This document shows, in pieces, positions 28,073-37,649 of a stretch of 64,000 bases of DNA. The translations under genes and the position numbers were made by a program. The stretch spans positions 4,396 through 68,395 of the IMG/VR virus record IMGVR_UViG_3300021376_000045, one strand, 5' to 3'. Under the pieces are notes generated by a model, which was given only the letters and a program-made list of their open reading frames with translations, was not told the origin of the DNA and made no database searches. Source of the DNA: a virus. Position 1 is the first letter of the stretch. Each line of letters opens with the position of its first letter.

Positions 28073-28493
28073 GATTGGCCTCTGTTGGGGTTTTAGCTGC
28101 TTTTTCTTTTTCATTCAATGGCGCACCAGCTGCTAACTCTAAACATCTTATAGCATTTTCCGTGCCACGATTAATTAATTTTTCCGCTACTTCTGGTTTT
28201 TGATATGCAAACGCACCAAAGTCTCTTTTATCAAACTTTGATGTTAACGTGTTAACATCTTGTTTTTGCTTCTCGTTTTGTTGTTGAAGCTGTTTGTTAA
28301 CTTCTTGAATCTGTGTAATATCTTTTTGAATGGAATCTAAAAGAGCTTGCTGCTCTTTGATACCGTCTTGAAGTTTCGCATTATTGTTTTCTGAAATTGC
28401 TAAATCAGCTTTTAAATTCATTGCATACCAACCGCCACCAGCTACAATTAAAATAATGACGAGTATTAATATGAGACGAATAGATGCGAACAT
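28026..28493 (-). CDS. i-spanin-like protein
   Basis: N-terminal TM, long coiled coil, C-terminal Cys. Confidence 0.65.
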   Translation of the reverse strand: MFASIRLILILVIILIVAGGGWYAMNLKADLAISENNNAKLQDGIKEQQALLDSIQKDITQIQEVNKQLQQQNEKQKQDVNTLTSKFDKRDFGAFAYQKPEVAEKLINRGTENAIRCLELAAGAPLNEKEKAAKTPTEANRECPSLINPSYSNPN

Positions 28494-28501
28494 TTTATTT
28501 A

Positions 28502-29248
28502 TTAAATAGAGGGGACAAATTCTGTAGCCATCGGAAATATTTTTGCAATTACTTTAGCACACTCACGCGCAATCAAAATGTGCTCTTTTTGAGTACCGTT
28601 AGCCGCTCTCAACTGTATATAATGAATCCAGGATCTCAACGTACCGTTCATATAAAGTCTAGACTTAGTTAGACCTTCCGGTAGAACTGCTCTGGCCTGC
28701 TCTTTAGCGATGCCTTTGCTTATGGCCCATGTATATATGTCTTTTGCCTTTTGGAGGTAATCCCGTTGCAAGTTCTCCCATTGGTAAGCTATTTGCCTAT
28801 GTTGGTCATTAGTAATATCTAACGAGGTGCTGTTTTGTCTATTAGTAATGTCTTGAAGCCTTGCCTCTCGCAAAACGAAATCGAGCTCTTCAGCAGGGTT
28901 AGCATATCGCTGGCTAAATTCTTGGAATGAAAATGATCGGTGTCTAAGAATTTGTCTTGCAATATCTCTTGTTGTCTCAATTTCAAGGCAGACGGAGACC
29001 ATTTCAAGCGGGGACCAGTGTTGGTGTTTAATAAGGTATCGTATAAGTTTTTCGGATGTCTCTTTGTTGAACTGATTGGATGGATTGGAGACACGGGCGC
29101 AGAAGGCAACAAGTTCTGTGGTGTTCTCGGCAAAGTATTCAGATGGCTGTGAATAGGAAATAAGCTGTACATTTGTAACCTCGTCTATCACTCTTTGGCT
29201 CCACATTTCTTCGTTTTCTAAAACTTCTATATCTAACATCTTTTCCAA
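28502..29248 (-). CDS. thyX: flavin-dependent thymidylate synthase
   Basis: HWSPLE, RQILRHRSFSFQEFSQRY, TQKEH. Start may be slightly downstream. Confidence 0.95.
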   Translation of the reverse strand: MEKMLDIEVLENEEMWSQRVIDEVTNVQLISYSQPSEYFAENTTELVAFCARVSNPSNQFNKETSEKLIRYLIKHQHWSPLEMVSVCLEIETTRDIARQILRHRSFSFQEFSQRYANPAEELDFVLREARLQDITNRQNSTSLDITNDQHRQIAYQWENLQRDYLQKAKDIYTWAISKGIAKEQARAVLPEGLTKSRLYMNGTLRSWIHYIQLRAANGTQKEHILIARECAKVIAKIFPMATEFVPSI

Positions 29249-30246
29249 GCCATAAATTTTGCTTTTGCTGTTAGACCATTGAATGTATTTTTATCTACCA
29301 GCTGTATTATATTTTTACCACTCAAAACCATATCATTAATATCTTTTTCTACTATAGTTTGTGGCCATATAACTACATTATAACCTAAATCTATGTTTTT
29401 TTCTATAATTTTACAAACCTCTTTATTACGGGGCTGATTATCAAATATCATAACCAGCTTATTTTTTTCTATATTAAGTGTATTAACTTTATCAAAAGAT
29501 GTACCGGATACCGCAATACAATTTTCTAAAAATAAACTATCTAAAGGACCTTCCGTAATATAGACTGTACGGGTTTTATCTACATTACTTATTCCAAAGA
29601 TAAGCGGGGTGTCTTCTTTAATTTTAACCGTAATGTATCGAAGTGCTTCACCACGTAAAGCTCTACAGGTAACTCCAGATAACTGGCCGAAATTATCATA
29701 AAACGGTAATATAATCCTAGGTTCTTCACCTTTTATACTCTCTTTGTACTTATCACTTAGTTGAACTATATTTTTAATATTCTCTATAAAATAAAGATGT
29801 TTAAGTTTATTATCAGGTATTTTACGTTGTAGACAGAACTGTACCGCTTCATGGTTCTTATCTAATGTATCTACTCTTGTAAGTAATTTATCTAATAAAT
29901 TTTCTTCCTTGGTCTTAAATTTAGGTTCTTCAAATTTAACTTCGGGTATAGAGTTTGATAATTTTAAATTACCCTCACTATATTTTTCAAAGCTATATTG
30001 GGAGTAGAGATTATTATCATGCTGTTTAAGGAAATTAGCAAAACTAAGCGATACATCACAATTATAACACTTATATCTTAAGTCTGTCTTATAAGCGAAA
30101 AAATAACCTCTTGCTTTACGCTTATTTTTCTGTGAGTCACCGCAAATAATACACCGGCAGTTAAACGTAAAATCTTTCTTCTTTTTAAATAAAGGAAGAC
30201 GATTACTGAATAACATTAAATATTTTTGATCAAGATACAATGACAT
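29233..30246 (-). CDS. DNA primase gp61
   Basis: CRCIICGDS..KARG, CYNC, EGPLDSLF, DNQPRN. Confidence 0.93.
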   Translation of the reverse strand: MSLYLDQKYLMLFSNRLPLFKKKKDFTFNCRCIICGDSQKNKRKARGYFFAYKTDLRYKCYNCDVSLSFANFLKQHDNNLYSQYSFEKYSEGNLKLSNSIPEVKFEEPKFKTKEENLLDKLLTRVDTLDKNHEAVQFCLQRKIPDNKLKHLYFIENIKNIVQLSDKYKESIKGEEPRIILPFYDNFGQLSGVTCRALRGEALRYITVKIKEDTPLIFGISNVDKTRTVYITEGPLDSLFLENCIAVSGTSFDKVNTLNIEKNKLVMIFDNQPRNKEVCKIIEKNIDLGYNVVIWPQTIVEKDINDMVLSGKNIIQLVDKNTFNGLTAKAKFMAWKRC

Positions 30247-30275
30247 AGATAAAAAAGGTCTCCTGAGAGACCTTA

Positions 30276-30304
30276 ATTATAATATAAGATAGTTATTTAA
30301 TCAA
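30276..30304 (-). promoter_or_regulatory. sigma70-like primase promoter
   Basis: TTGATT-17-TATAAT. Confidence 0.7.
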
Positions 30305-30663
30305 CTACCAAATATATTTTCAAACCGAATGTGTGCAAGCAGATAACCAAATACTAAAGCTCCTCCCATTATCATCCATCTCCATTTTTCAATAGTTTGA
30401 ATTTTTTCACTAATCACTTGATGCTGGGTACTACTAGCAATAGTTTGCTCGTCGAGTTTGGCAATTACTTTTTCATGCTTGGAATCAATGTCATGCCGTA
30501 GGTCGTCTCTTAAATCACTAATTCTGGAATGCAAAGTAGTATAGTTAGAGTCAATTTTTTGCTCTATTTTTTCCATATTAGTAGATATTGAATTTACTTG
30601 GGATTCCAGCACTGTAACTCTCACGGAATTATCTGTACCGTTTCTAGCCATAACCGCTTCCAT
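30301..30663 (-). CDS. coiled-coil protein with C-terminal TM
   Basis: IEKWRWMIMGGALVFG. Confidence 0.65.
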   Translation of the reverse strand: MEAVMARNGTDNSVRVTVLESQVNSISTNMEKIEQKIDSNYTTLHSRISDLRDDLRHDIDSKHEKVIAKLDEQTIASSTQHQVISEKIQTIEKWRWMIMGGALVFGYLLAHIRFENIFGS

Positions 30664-30893
30664 TATTTCTTTTTAATTTTAGGTTTGGGAGGCGCCTTGG
30701 GTTTAGCAGGTTTTTCTTTAGCAGAAGTTTCTTTTTTAGCCACAGGTTTTTCTCCAGTAGGAAAAGGCCAGGTTGAAGATACAGGCGGAGTTACCGCTAC
30801 TTCAACTGCTTTTTTTGTAGGGCCATCAAGAGGGTGTTTTTCACCTTCAACGGGAGGGGTACTTGAAAACAAATCTTTTATAAATTTAAACAT
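30663..30893 (-). CDS. small K/P-rich protein
   Basis: Coupled ORF with a basic tail. Confidence 0.55.
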   Translation of the reverse strand: MFKFIKDLFSSTPPVEGEKHPLDGPTKKAVEVAVTPPVSSTWPFPTGEKPVAKKETSAKEKPAKPKAPPKPKIKKK

Positions 30894-31419
30894 AATTAAC
30901 CTCTTTACGTTTTAGTAATTTAGGGCGTTTACCTGGACGCACACCAACTGTTTCTTTATCTAAACCAGCAACTCCAGGGGTTGCAGCAGCATTATTCGCC
31001 GGCGCTTCTTCTACGTATTGTTTAAATGTAAGTGTCTTTTTATTCTCTAAAAGATCTTTAGTAATATTAATTTCTTCTGTTAAATCTGTTTTTAATTTAT
31101 TTAAATATTGAAACTCTAGATCTATTGGCTCTATTTTCTTTTCTGTATACTCTCTTATAAGCGATAATGCTGCTGCATAGGAAACTAATTTTTTATTTTC
31201 AACCGGTACTTTTTCTATAATTCTCTTAATTCTAAAAATCATTCTATGAAGAATAGTATAGGCCTGTCTTTCATTATCACCGGTAAGAGAATTCATTGAT
31301 TTAAGTTCTTTACCGTTTTTATCAATTATACCTAATCTAAAGGCGTCAGTGTCCTCAAAAGGTGTAGTAAGTAACCTTAGGATACGATAAGCAATAACTG
31401 AATCTACAAAACGTCCCAT
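30886..31419 (-). CDS. conserved T4-like late protein
   Basis: RILRLLTTPFEDTDAFRLGIIDKNGK. Confidence 0.7.
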   Translation of the reverse strand: MGRFVDSVIAYRILRLLTTPFEDTDAFRLGIIDKNGKELKSMNSLTGDNERQAYTILHRMIFRIKRIIEKVPVENKKLVSYAAALSLIREYTEKKIEPIDLEFQYLNKLKTDLTEEINITKDLLENKKTLTFKQYVEEAPANNAAATPGVAGLDKETVGVRPGKRPKLLKRKEVNYV

Positions 31420-31808
31420 TAGATTTTTCTAAGTGTTTTAGCAATAGTAGGATCAATGCTAATTTCTGTCTCGTTTATTAAACTACCGTCCCGATCAATA
31501 ACTTTGTCAGGCATAAAATTTAAAAATACTAAAAACGTTTTAAGTTGAGGCCAGAATTTCTTTTCTATTTTATAAAAAAGCATTCTAGAAGCAGCTTCTG
31601 AACCAAATAAATTGTAAATAATTATAAGGTGGTTAAGAATAAGTCTTTCTTTCAAGTCCTTACCTCCTTTAAATTTTCTAAACAATCTTTTAAGATATCT
31701 AAATCGCTTAAGATCGTCATTAAATTCTTCAATACCTTTGCATGTAGGATTATCATAATATTTCATCGCATACATTGTAAAGGTACTCTCATTGAGCTCA
31801 AATTTCAT
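31419..31808 (-). CDS. conserved T4-like hypothetical protein
   Basis: YAMKYYDNP.C..EF..DL, KERLILNH. Confidence 0.75.
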   Translation of the reverse strand: MKFELNESTFTMYAMKYYDNPTCKGIEEFNDDLKRFRYLKRLFRKFKGGKDLKERLILNHLIIIYNLFGSEAASRMLFYKIEKKFWPQLKTFLVFLNFMPDKVIDRDGSLINETEISIDPTIAKTLRKI

Positions 31809-31809
31809 A

Positions 31810-32256
31810 CTAATATACTAACGTTGCTGTTCCTCCAATTACATACCATTTACTGTTTGTAAATAATAATGTAGCAGTATCACCAGCTGTATCAAAAATA
31901 ACGTTTGCATTGCCGCCTATATTAGACTTTAGCAGGGTATAAGAACCCCCGGATGCCGAAGTCATAACTACTATTTTTACTTGATTGGGTGTACCTTGAG
32001 GTATATTTAAAATACCTTGAGAGGCATCTACAGACAAGTGTGTAATTTGTTTGCTAGGATCAATTAGACCAGGGGTAGAAAGCGACTGAATATTTGTATC
32101 AAGCTGAATGTTACCCTGTAGTCTAACATTGCCTAAATTTTGAGCAATAGTAGAAAAAGCAATTTTTTTGCTTGAATTAGATTGAACAAGATAAAGAAGG
32201 TCGCTACCCCCTATAGAGGTAGCGGCCGTAAGTTCACTTACTTTTGAGTCAGCCAT
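31810..32256 (-). CDS. putative virion structural protein
   Basis: MADSKVSELTAA start, beta-rich. Confidence 0.55.
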   Translation of the reverse strand: MADSKVSELTAATSIGGSDLLYLVQSNSSKKIAFSTIAQNLGNVRLQGNIQLDTNIQSLSTPGLIDPSKQITHLSVDASQGILNIPQGTPNQVKIVVMTSASGGSYTLLKSNIGGNANVIFDTAGDTATLLFTNSKWYVIGGTATLVY

Positions 32257-32259
32257 TTA

Positions 32260-32790
32260 TTACGCGTCAGGGTATTGTGTATCGTCAGCTGCATCAGTTT
32301 GCAGAACACCCGTAGCATTGGCATTAAAGTTCTTAGAAAGTGCAACCAGAACTTCAGACTTAACACGACGCTGGGAGTACGCATCTGTATAAACAGTTGA
32401 ATGTACCCATCCGGTATGTGCGGTGGTGTTAGTCTGTAGCGTGGCGTTAGCCGTACCAGCCACTGCAATCTCATTCTTATCTACACCGTATACATTTTGA
32501 ATAGAGTAGTTGTTTGCAGGGAAAGCAACGTTAGCAACATACTTCGGGCCCTGTTGAACAAAAGCTGTAACGTTAGCTGAGGTAGTAGATGATAGATCGG
32601 TAAGATAGAGCTGGGTATTGGAAACAACATTTTGAACCTGATATTTGTTTGAAGCAATGGTAATGTAATCACCAGCGTCAATATCAATTAAAAAAGCTGA
32701 TGAGTTGAACCCGTTTACTACATCCGAGGTAGTAGAGGTTGTTACTGTACCAGAAATTTGTACACTATCTAGTATGCCCCATGAAGACAT
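32260..32790 (-). CDS. putative virion structural protein
   Basis: MSSWG, HTGWV, RVKSEVLVA, DDTQYPD. Confidence 0.6.
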   Translation of the reverse strand: MSSWGILDSVQISGTVTTSTTSDVVNGFNSSAFLIDIDAGDYITIASNKYQVQNVVSNTQLYLTDLSSTTSANVTAFVQQGPKYVANVAFPANNYSIQNVYGVDKNEIAVAGTANATLQTNTTAHTGWVHSTVYTDAYSQRRVKSEVLVALSKNFNANATGVLQTDAADDTQYPDA

Positions 32791-32801
32791 CTTTTATCTC
32801 C

Positions 32802-33467
32802 TTATTCTTCGTCTTTTTTACCAGCAGTACCCATGTTTTGAACTTTTCTGGATGTACCGTGGTGTATGTATTTTCGGCGAACCCCTGATTCCTTATCGGT
32901 CACTACATATTCTGCATGGGGTTTGCCATCCCTTGTACTATATTTAGGCATTGAGACCTTGTGACCTGCGGAAGAATGTGCTTTTACTCTAGCTTCAATA
33001 TCTGATCTAGTTACTTCTTCAACGAAAATACTTTCATCCTGATCTTTAAAAGCACGGTTAGCAAACTCAATTGCTTGGTCTTCACCAACAAGTTTTTTAG
33101 CAGCTAAGAGGTAGTCTCCGAAGTTATACGTTTCTTTTAACTCAATATCAAACGCTTTATGAAAAATAATTGTCTCTTCAACTTCATCGTCTAATTCTAC
33201 GTTCTCTTTCATAGCTTTCTTTTTAGCTATGGCTATTGCGGCCTGCTGTTCAGGAGAGGTAGCTTCTTCAACTTCATCTTCTTTTTTTGCTTTTTTACCT
33301 TTGCGAAGCATTTCAAAATCTTTAGCTGTAATTTCGTCTTTTTCAGGCTCATGCACGTCAATTTTTTGCTGGTTCGGGTGCTTGACTGTCTCGTCAACTT
33401 TATTTTCTTCTTTATGTCCAAGCATGACCGCTAGGACGGCTCTTTGTAATTCTTTATCGCGGTTCAT
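32802..33467 (-). CDS. putative head-internal/core protein
   Basis: E/K-rich; KIDV..DEITAKDFEMLR; QQAAIAIA motif. Confidence 0.5.
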   Translation of the reverse strand: MNRDKELQRAVLAVMLGHKEENKVDETVKHPNQQKIDVHEPEKDEITAKDFEMLRKGKKAKKEDEVEEATSPEQQAAIAIAKKKAMKENVELDDEVEETIIFHKAFDIELKETYNFGDYLLAAKKLVGEDQAIEFANRAFKDQDESIFVEEVTRSDIEARVKAHSSAGHKVSMPKYSTRDGKPHAEYVVTDKESGVRRKYIHHGTSRKVQNMGTAGKKDEE

Positions 33468-33476
33468 TTTTTTTCC

Positions 33477-34397
33477 TTAGTCTAGTTTTGATACTGGAGT
33501 TGAAGACCAATACTTGCAGCTCCAGTACCTGGCCTTCCATTTAGGTCCTGGGTTATCGCAGTTATGACGAGCTCTAAAGCTACGCCTTCTTTCGGGATCG
33601 TCTCTCTTAATAGAAAGATTTGGATCTCCGAAACTTACCTTCACCACGTTGCCCTTATCATTCTTTACATATACTGCTCGCTTTTTTGGGCCACCTGGTG
33701 TTAAAAATGGTTTATTAAGAGTCTTACCATCATTAGCTTCAGCAATCTCTCCCCAATCCTCATATAACTCTTTGCCATTGGATGTAAATACCTCTTCGAC
33801 AATTCCAAGCTCAGAATCATCTACTAATTCACAAGAAACTTCTTCAGCAGTTCTCCAACTACCACCCTTGGATTTATACCACTTTGCTGCCCACCCATTT
33901 GCATAAGCAGAAGGATAGACATCAAACTTTGACTTAGCCAAAGCTTTTGCTCTTGACCAGAGTTCGGGGTTCGTGGGAGCACTTTTTTCAACTAATAAAC
34001 CTTCTCTTAAATTAGAAAAAGTTTTTTGTAATTGTACTTTATCTATATCTTCTTTCTGAGGTCCTGGATCTTTGCCTTTCTTTTTACCTGCCTTTATTAA
34101 TGCAATAGCAATTGCAGCTTGCTGAGCTGGATTAGCAGCTTCCGTTTTAACATTCACTGGTGCTCCCCCTTTTCCTGGCCTATCAGCCACGGGATCTTCT
34201 CTTCTTTTTCTTCTAGCAGCAGTTGCTCTATCATCCTTTGACATAGCTCTTGCTTTAGCTAAAGGCAAACATTTTGGCTTTCCTTCACCTGGTTCCCTTG
34301 CACAAGGTCTAGCTATCTCACCTTTCGTATTGATACGAACCCAATTGCCCTTTGGGTGAGACTTACTAAACCAATGTCTTAAATCTTCTAAAATCAT
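33477..34397 (-). CDS. multi-module basic protein
   Basis: Modules LRHWF..WV..KPKCLP, KFDVYPSAYANGW and RRSFRARHNC..ARYWSC. Confidence 0.65.
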   Translation of the reverse strand: MILEDLRHWFSKSHPKGNWVRINTKGEIARPCAREPGEGKPKCLPLAKARAMSKDDRATAARRKRREDPVADRPGKGGAPVNVKTEAANPAQQAAIAIALIKAGKKKGKDPGPQKEDIDKVQLQKTFSNLREGLLVEKSAPTNPELWSRAKALAKSKFDVYPSAYANGWAAKWYKSKGGSWRTAEEVSCELVDDSELGIVEEVFTSNGKELYEDWGEIAEANDGKTLNKPFLTPGGPKKRAVYVKNDKGNVVKVSFGDPNLSIKRDDPERRRSFRARHNCDNPGPKWKARYWSCKYWSSTPVSKLD

Positions 34398-34624
34398 TAG
34401 ACTAATGAGCCAACTAAACTAACAGCCGCAACTGCCCAACGAAGCGTAACCTCATCTTCTGCTAAACCGTTAGCACGATAAGAGGCTAGAACTTCTTGAG
34501 CAAGCGCATCTTTATCTTCTTTACTAATTGTGCCAGCTTGAAAATCACTCACAATGCCAGCAAACTCTCTTGCTAAATCACCGCGAATAGATTGCTCATT
34601 AATGTACTGGAAAATTTCGTCCAT
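34397..34624 (-). CDS. hypothetical protein
   Basis: Coupled ORF. Confidence 0.55.
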   Translation of the reverse strand: MDEIFQYINEQSIRGDLAREFAGIVSDFQAGTISKEDKDALAQEVLASYRANGLAEDEVTLRWAVAAVSLVGSLV

Positions 34625-34989
34625 TATCTTCCACTCCATGCTTCTTGAATAATTTTCATTCTCGTCTTACTTAAGTTTATCCAACGCTGACATACTGCTT
34701 CATTGCTTTCTTGAGCTTTGTTCAAATTATCTACTATTGCTTTTGTAGAAACTTTTTGAGGATCATTTCTAAATTCAGCATACCTGTTGAGCCAATCAGC
34801 ATTAGCCTGAGCTTGTAGAAAAGTATTTTTATCATTACACTGTACTTTATCTAACCCTATTTGCAAATTTACCCAACCTGATACTAATCCGGGGTCATGA
34901 TCCCTAGGTAAGATAGATTTAACCGTTGCAATGGTAGCACATCCGCTAAGGGAACTTGACAGTAGTAAGATTGCAATTACTTTTTTCAT
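34624..34989 (-). CDS. lipoprotein
   Basis: MKK..LSG-C lipobox. Confidence 0.7.
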   Translation of the reverse strand: MKKVIAILLLSSSLSGCATIATVKSILPRDHDPGLVSGWVNLQIGLDKVQCNDKNTFLQAQANADWLNRYAEFRNDPQKVSTKAIVDNLNKAQESNEAVCQRWINLSKTRMKIIQEAWSGR

Positions 34990-35011
34990 TTAAAAGCCTT
35001 AAAAAATGTTT

Positions 35012-35926
35012 TCATCTCTTACCACGTCTTATGTTAGCAATTCGTTTCTGTTCTATAGAACGTAAATGAGGTAACATTTTCATAGCAATTACATTTTGAT
35101 AATTTTTCATTCTTGCCACTTGCTGCTCTACACGATCTTTTTCTGCTGCCGATAGAGTAGATTTATTTCTACCTCTTAAAAATCTTTTATACATTGCCCG
35201 GCGTGCAGCTACTACCGCTCTTTTCTTTAAAACTTCCATTGAAGAAGATCTTCTAAGTTTTAAAGTTTTAGCTATATTTCTTCTTCCTTTGAAGCGTGAA
35301 AAAGCTTGTTTTCTTCTTAACCGTGACTGAGCGCTTATTTTTTCTTGAATTACTTCTTCACTTACTTCTTCATCTTCTTCTGAATCTACTTCTACTAGCT
35401 CGGACTCATCGTAAAGATCTACAACATCTTCCCACTCTATAGTATCAACTATTTCGTTTATCTCATCTTCCGAAATAGATTGTTCGTCATTTTTTTTTTG
35501 ACCTTCTTCTTTTAAAAACGAGCTAAAAGAAATAAGGGTGCTTTCTTGGCGTGCAGCCCGGATATTATCTACCATTGGATAGAGACGACCTGCAGCGCTT
35601 GCTCTTGCCTGAGTTTCTTCTTCTACTTCTCTAACATCAGATACCGGTACGTGGGCATACGGAAAATTACTTAAGGTAGCATCATCATGACCAAGCAATT
35701 TTATCATAGCATCAACATGTTTTTTCATATACTCCTCATGCTGATCTAACACCCCCAACGACTGAAGGGCATCATGAGCTCTAGACATTTCATATGAAAA
35801 ATTATGAATGTCTAAAGATGTAGCCATGCCCGATTCTTGCGCTCTTTTTTCATAAAAAAGATAGTTGTCAGTAGCTTCAAGAGCTGTTTTAAGTAATTCG
35901 TGCTGTATGCGGAGATCTGTATTCAT
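35012..35926 (-). CDS. hypothetical protein, acidic middle and Arg-rich C-terminus
   Basis: Charge pattern resembles prohead core proteins. Confidence 0.55.
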   Translation of the reverse strand: MNTDLRIQHELLKTALEATDNYLFYEKRAQESGMATSLDIHNFSYEMSRAHDALQSLGVLDQHEEYMKKHVDAMIKLLGHDDATLSNFPYAHVPVSDVREVEEETQARASAAGRLYPMVDNIRAARQESTLISFSSFLKEEGQKKNDEQSISEDEINEIVDTIEWEDVVDLYDESELVEVDSEEDEEVSEEVIQEKISAQSRLRRKQAFSRFKGRRNIAKTLKLRRSSSMEVLKKRAVVAARRAMYKRFLRGRNKSTLSAAEKDRVEQQVARMKNYQNVIAMKMLPHLRSIEQKRIANIRRGKR

Positions 35927-36354
35927 TTTGTTATAGCCCTTAACATCCAAGCTTGTTTTTCGTGTGCCTGTATCCTGTCTTGCAGATAGTTGGAAATGCC
36001 AAATTCACTAACTTGTTCAGCTTCATTATATGCCGTTACTAGCTGGGCAAGGTATAAATCATTATCACTTCTTAATTGAGCAAGCATTTCTTTTGCTTGA
36101 GGTATGTTTTCGGTTTCTTTTAAAGAAGAAAGGCTAATTAGTTTAGATAGCGACGTAGGGGCAAACACATCCAACGTTCTTAATAATTCTGCAATAAAAT
36201 CTATAGAAGAATACACCTCTGTATAAAAGTTACCTATAAAATCATGATATTGTGCAAAATCTGATCCCTCAACATTCCAATGAAAGGAATGAGCTTTAAA
36301 GTACAGTAAATAAGAATCAGCTAAGGTCTTGTTAAGAGTATCTGCTAAAGCCAT
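35923..36354 (-). CDS. dps: Dps/ferritin-like protein
   Basis: KAHSFHWNVEG..F.QYH, D.IAE.LR, HEKQAWML. Confidence 0.9.
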   Translation of the reverse strand: MALADTLNKTLADSYLLYFKAHSFHWNVEGSDFAQYHDFIGNFYTEVYSSIDFIAELLRTLDVFAPTSLSKLISLSSLKETENIPQAKEMLAQLRSDNDLYLAQLVTAYNEAEQVSEFGISNYLQDRIQAHEKQAWMLRAITK

Positions 36355-36355
36355 T

Positions 36356-37360
36356 TTATAGCCCAGTATATTGTTTAAATTGCATACGTCTTAAATGATC
36401 AGGTTTCATTGCTAAACCAGCTGCCACTTGAGTGTGAACATCGTCAACTTCATGCCCGGTAGGCTCTCCTAACAGCTCCCCTGATCGAATCGTTTCAATC
36501 ATGGCTTTAAATTGAGTGTATGCCATTTTGCACATATCAAAGTGCTTGGTTTGAATACCGTCATACTCCAACTGCAGGGTCTCTTCCATTAACTTGCGTC
36601 GCTGTTCGTTGTTCATTAAAAGAACTGGTAATTTTTGTTCTTTAATGGTATTTAAGAATTTATACAACGATTCTCCTGGGGTTATTTTTTTCATATGATC
36701 GGTACCTTTTTTCTCCCCCCACTGATACTTAGAAACTTTTAAATGTGGGTCGTAGATTTCGCTTACTCCTAAAGCTTTTCTGGTTTGATGATATACTTCT
36801 TCTTTATGTTTATTGGAAAGTTTGGACATTAACCCAGACTTAAATTTTTCTTTATTACCTGCAATTGCATGAGAGCGAAGTTTAGTGCCTGACATTCCTT
36901 CAGCGCCTTCAGCATCGGGATCTCTGTGGCCGGCCGATACTACTTTAATAGATTTAAAATTGTATAAAGCTTTAGGGTGGGTACCGTTATACTCGTTAAG
37001 CTTTTTATGATATTCCTCTACTCTGTCGGACCCGGCTACCATTACTAAATGTTTATGTCCCTGCTCATGTAAATGTTTTGCAATATGAAGCATGGATGGC
37101 ATTTCTTTTGACGAAGCCGCAACATGTGCATTTGGATAAGCATGTTTAATTAAAGCAACTTTATGCTCTGATGTTAAAGGGTTCTTTTTAGAATCCTGTG
37201 AGTGTGAGGTAAAAATATGAGGCTTTACTTTATGTTCTTTTGCAACTTCAGCAGTTTTATCAAATAACTTTTCATGACCGGTAGTAGGCGGGTTATTTCT
37301 ACCGTAAGTAAAAACAGCCGTTTTTTCTTCCGCTTCTTGTAAAAAAGTTAATGTAGCCAT
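36356..37360 (-). CDS. HxGH-type nucleotidyltransferase (cytidyltransferase-like)
   Basis: FTYGRNNPPTTGHEKL, MVAGSDRV, SAGHRDPD, MSGTKLR. Confidence 0.8.
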   Translation of the reverse strand: MATLTFLQEAEEKTAVFTYGRNNPPTTGHEKLFDKTAEVAKEHKVKPHIFTSHSQDSKKNPLTSEHKVALIKHAYPNAHVAASSKEMPSMLHIAKHLHEQGHKHLVMVAGSDRVEEYHKKLNEYNGTHPKALYNFKSIKVVSAGHRDPDAEGAEGMSGTKLRSHAIAGNKEKFKSGLMSKLSNKHKEEVYHQTRKALGVSEIYDPHLKVSKYQWGEKKGTDHMKKITPGESLYKFLNTIKEQKLPVLLMNNEQRRKLMEETLQLEYDGIQTKHFDMCKMAYTQFKAMIETIRSGELLGEPTGHEVDDVHTQVAAGLAMKPDHLRRMQFKQYTGL

Positions 37361-37388
37361 CGGTTTTTTTTAAATAATGTATTATTTA

Positions 37389-37580
37389 TCATTTTTTAGA
37401 ATGCATATTAATATACCAATGTGCTAACTGCTTTTTTCGGGGTGAAGCACTATCAGATGAACGTATTTTCTTCAATTGTACAATGGTTTTACCCTTTAAA
37501 CCATGCCTGGCCATATCCCCTTTATCCTGAGGATTTTTGTTATCCATAAAATTTTCTCTAAGACCTTTAAATGTTTTCAT
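37389..37580 (-). CDS. small basic protein
   Basis: MKTFKGLRE start. Confidence 0.6.
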   Translation of the reverse strand: MKTFKGLRENFMDNKNPQDKGDMARHGLKGKTIVQLKKIRSSDSASPRKKQLAHWYINMHSKK

Positions 37581-37649
37581 AATTTTTTAAAAATTTCTGT
37601 TGACTTTTTGTTGACCTGGCTGTAGAATTTCTCTTGTCAGCCGTTTAAG

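Noticed and set aside
24741-29248. Introns or inteins in nrdA, nrdB, thyX (also gp43, gp41, uvsX)
   Set aside because: The ORFs are continuous and of normal length.
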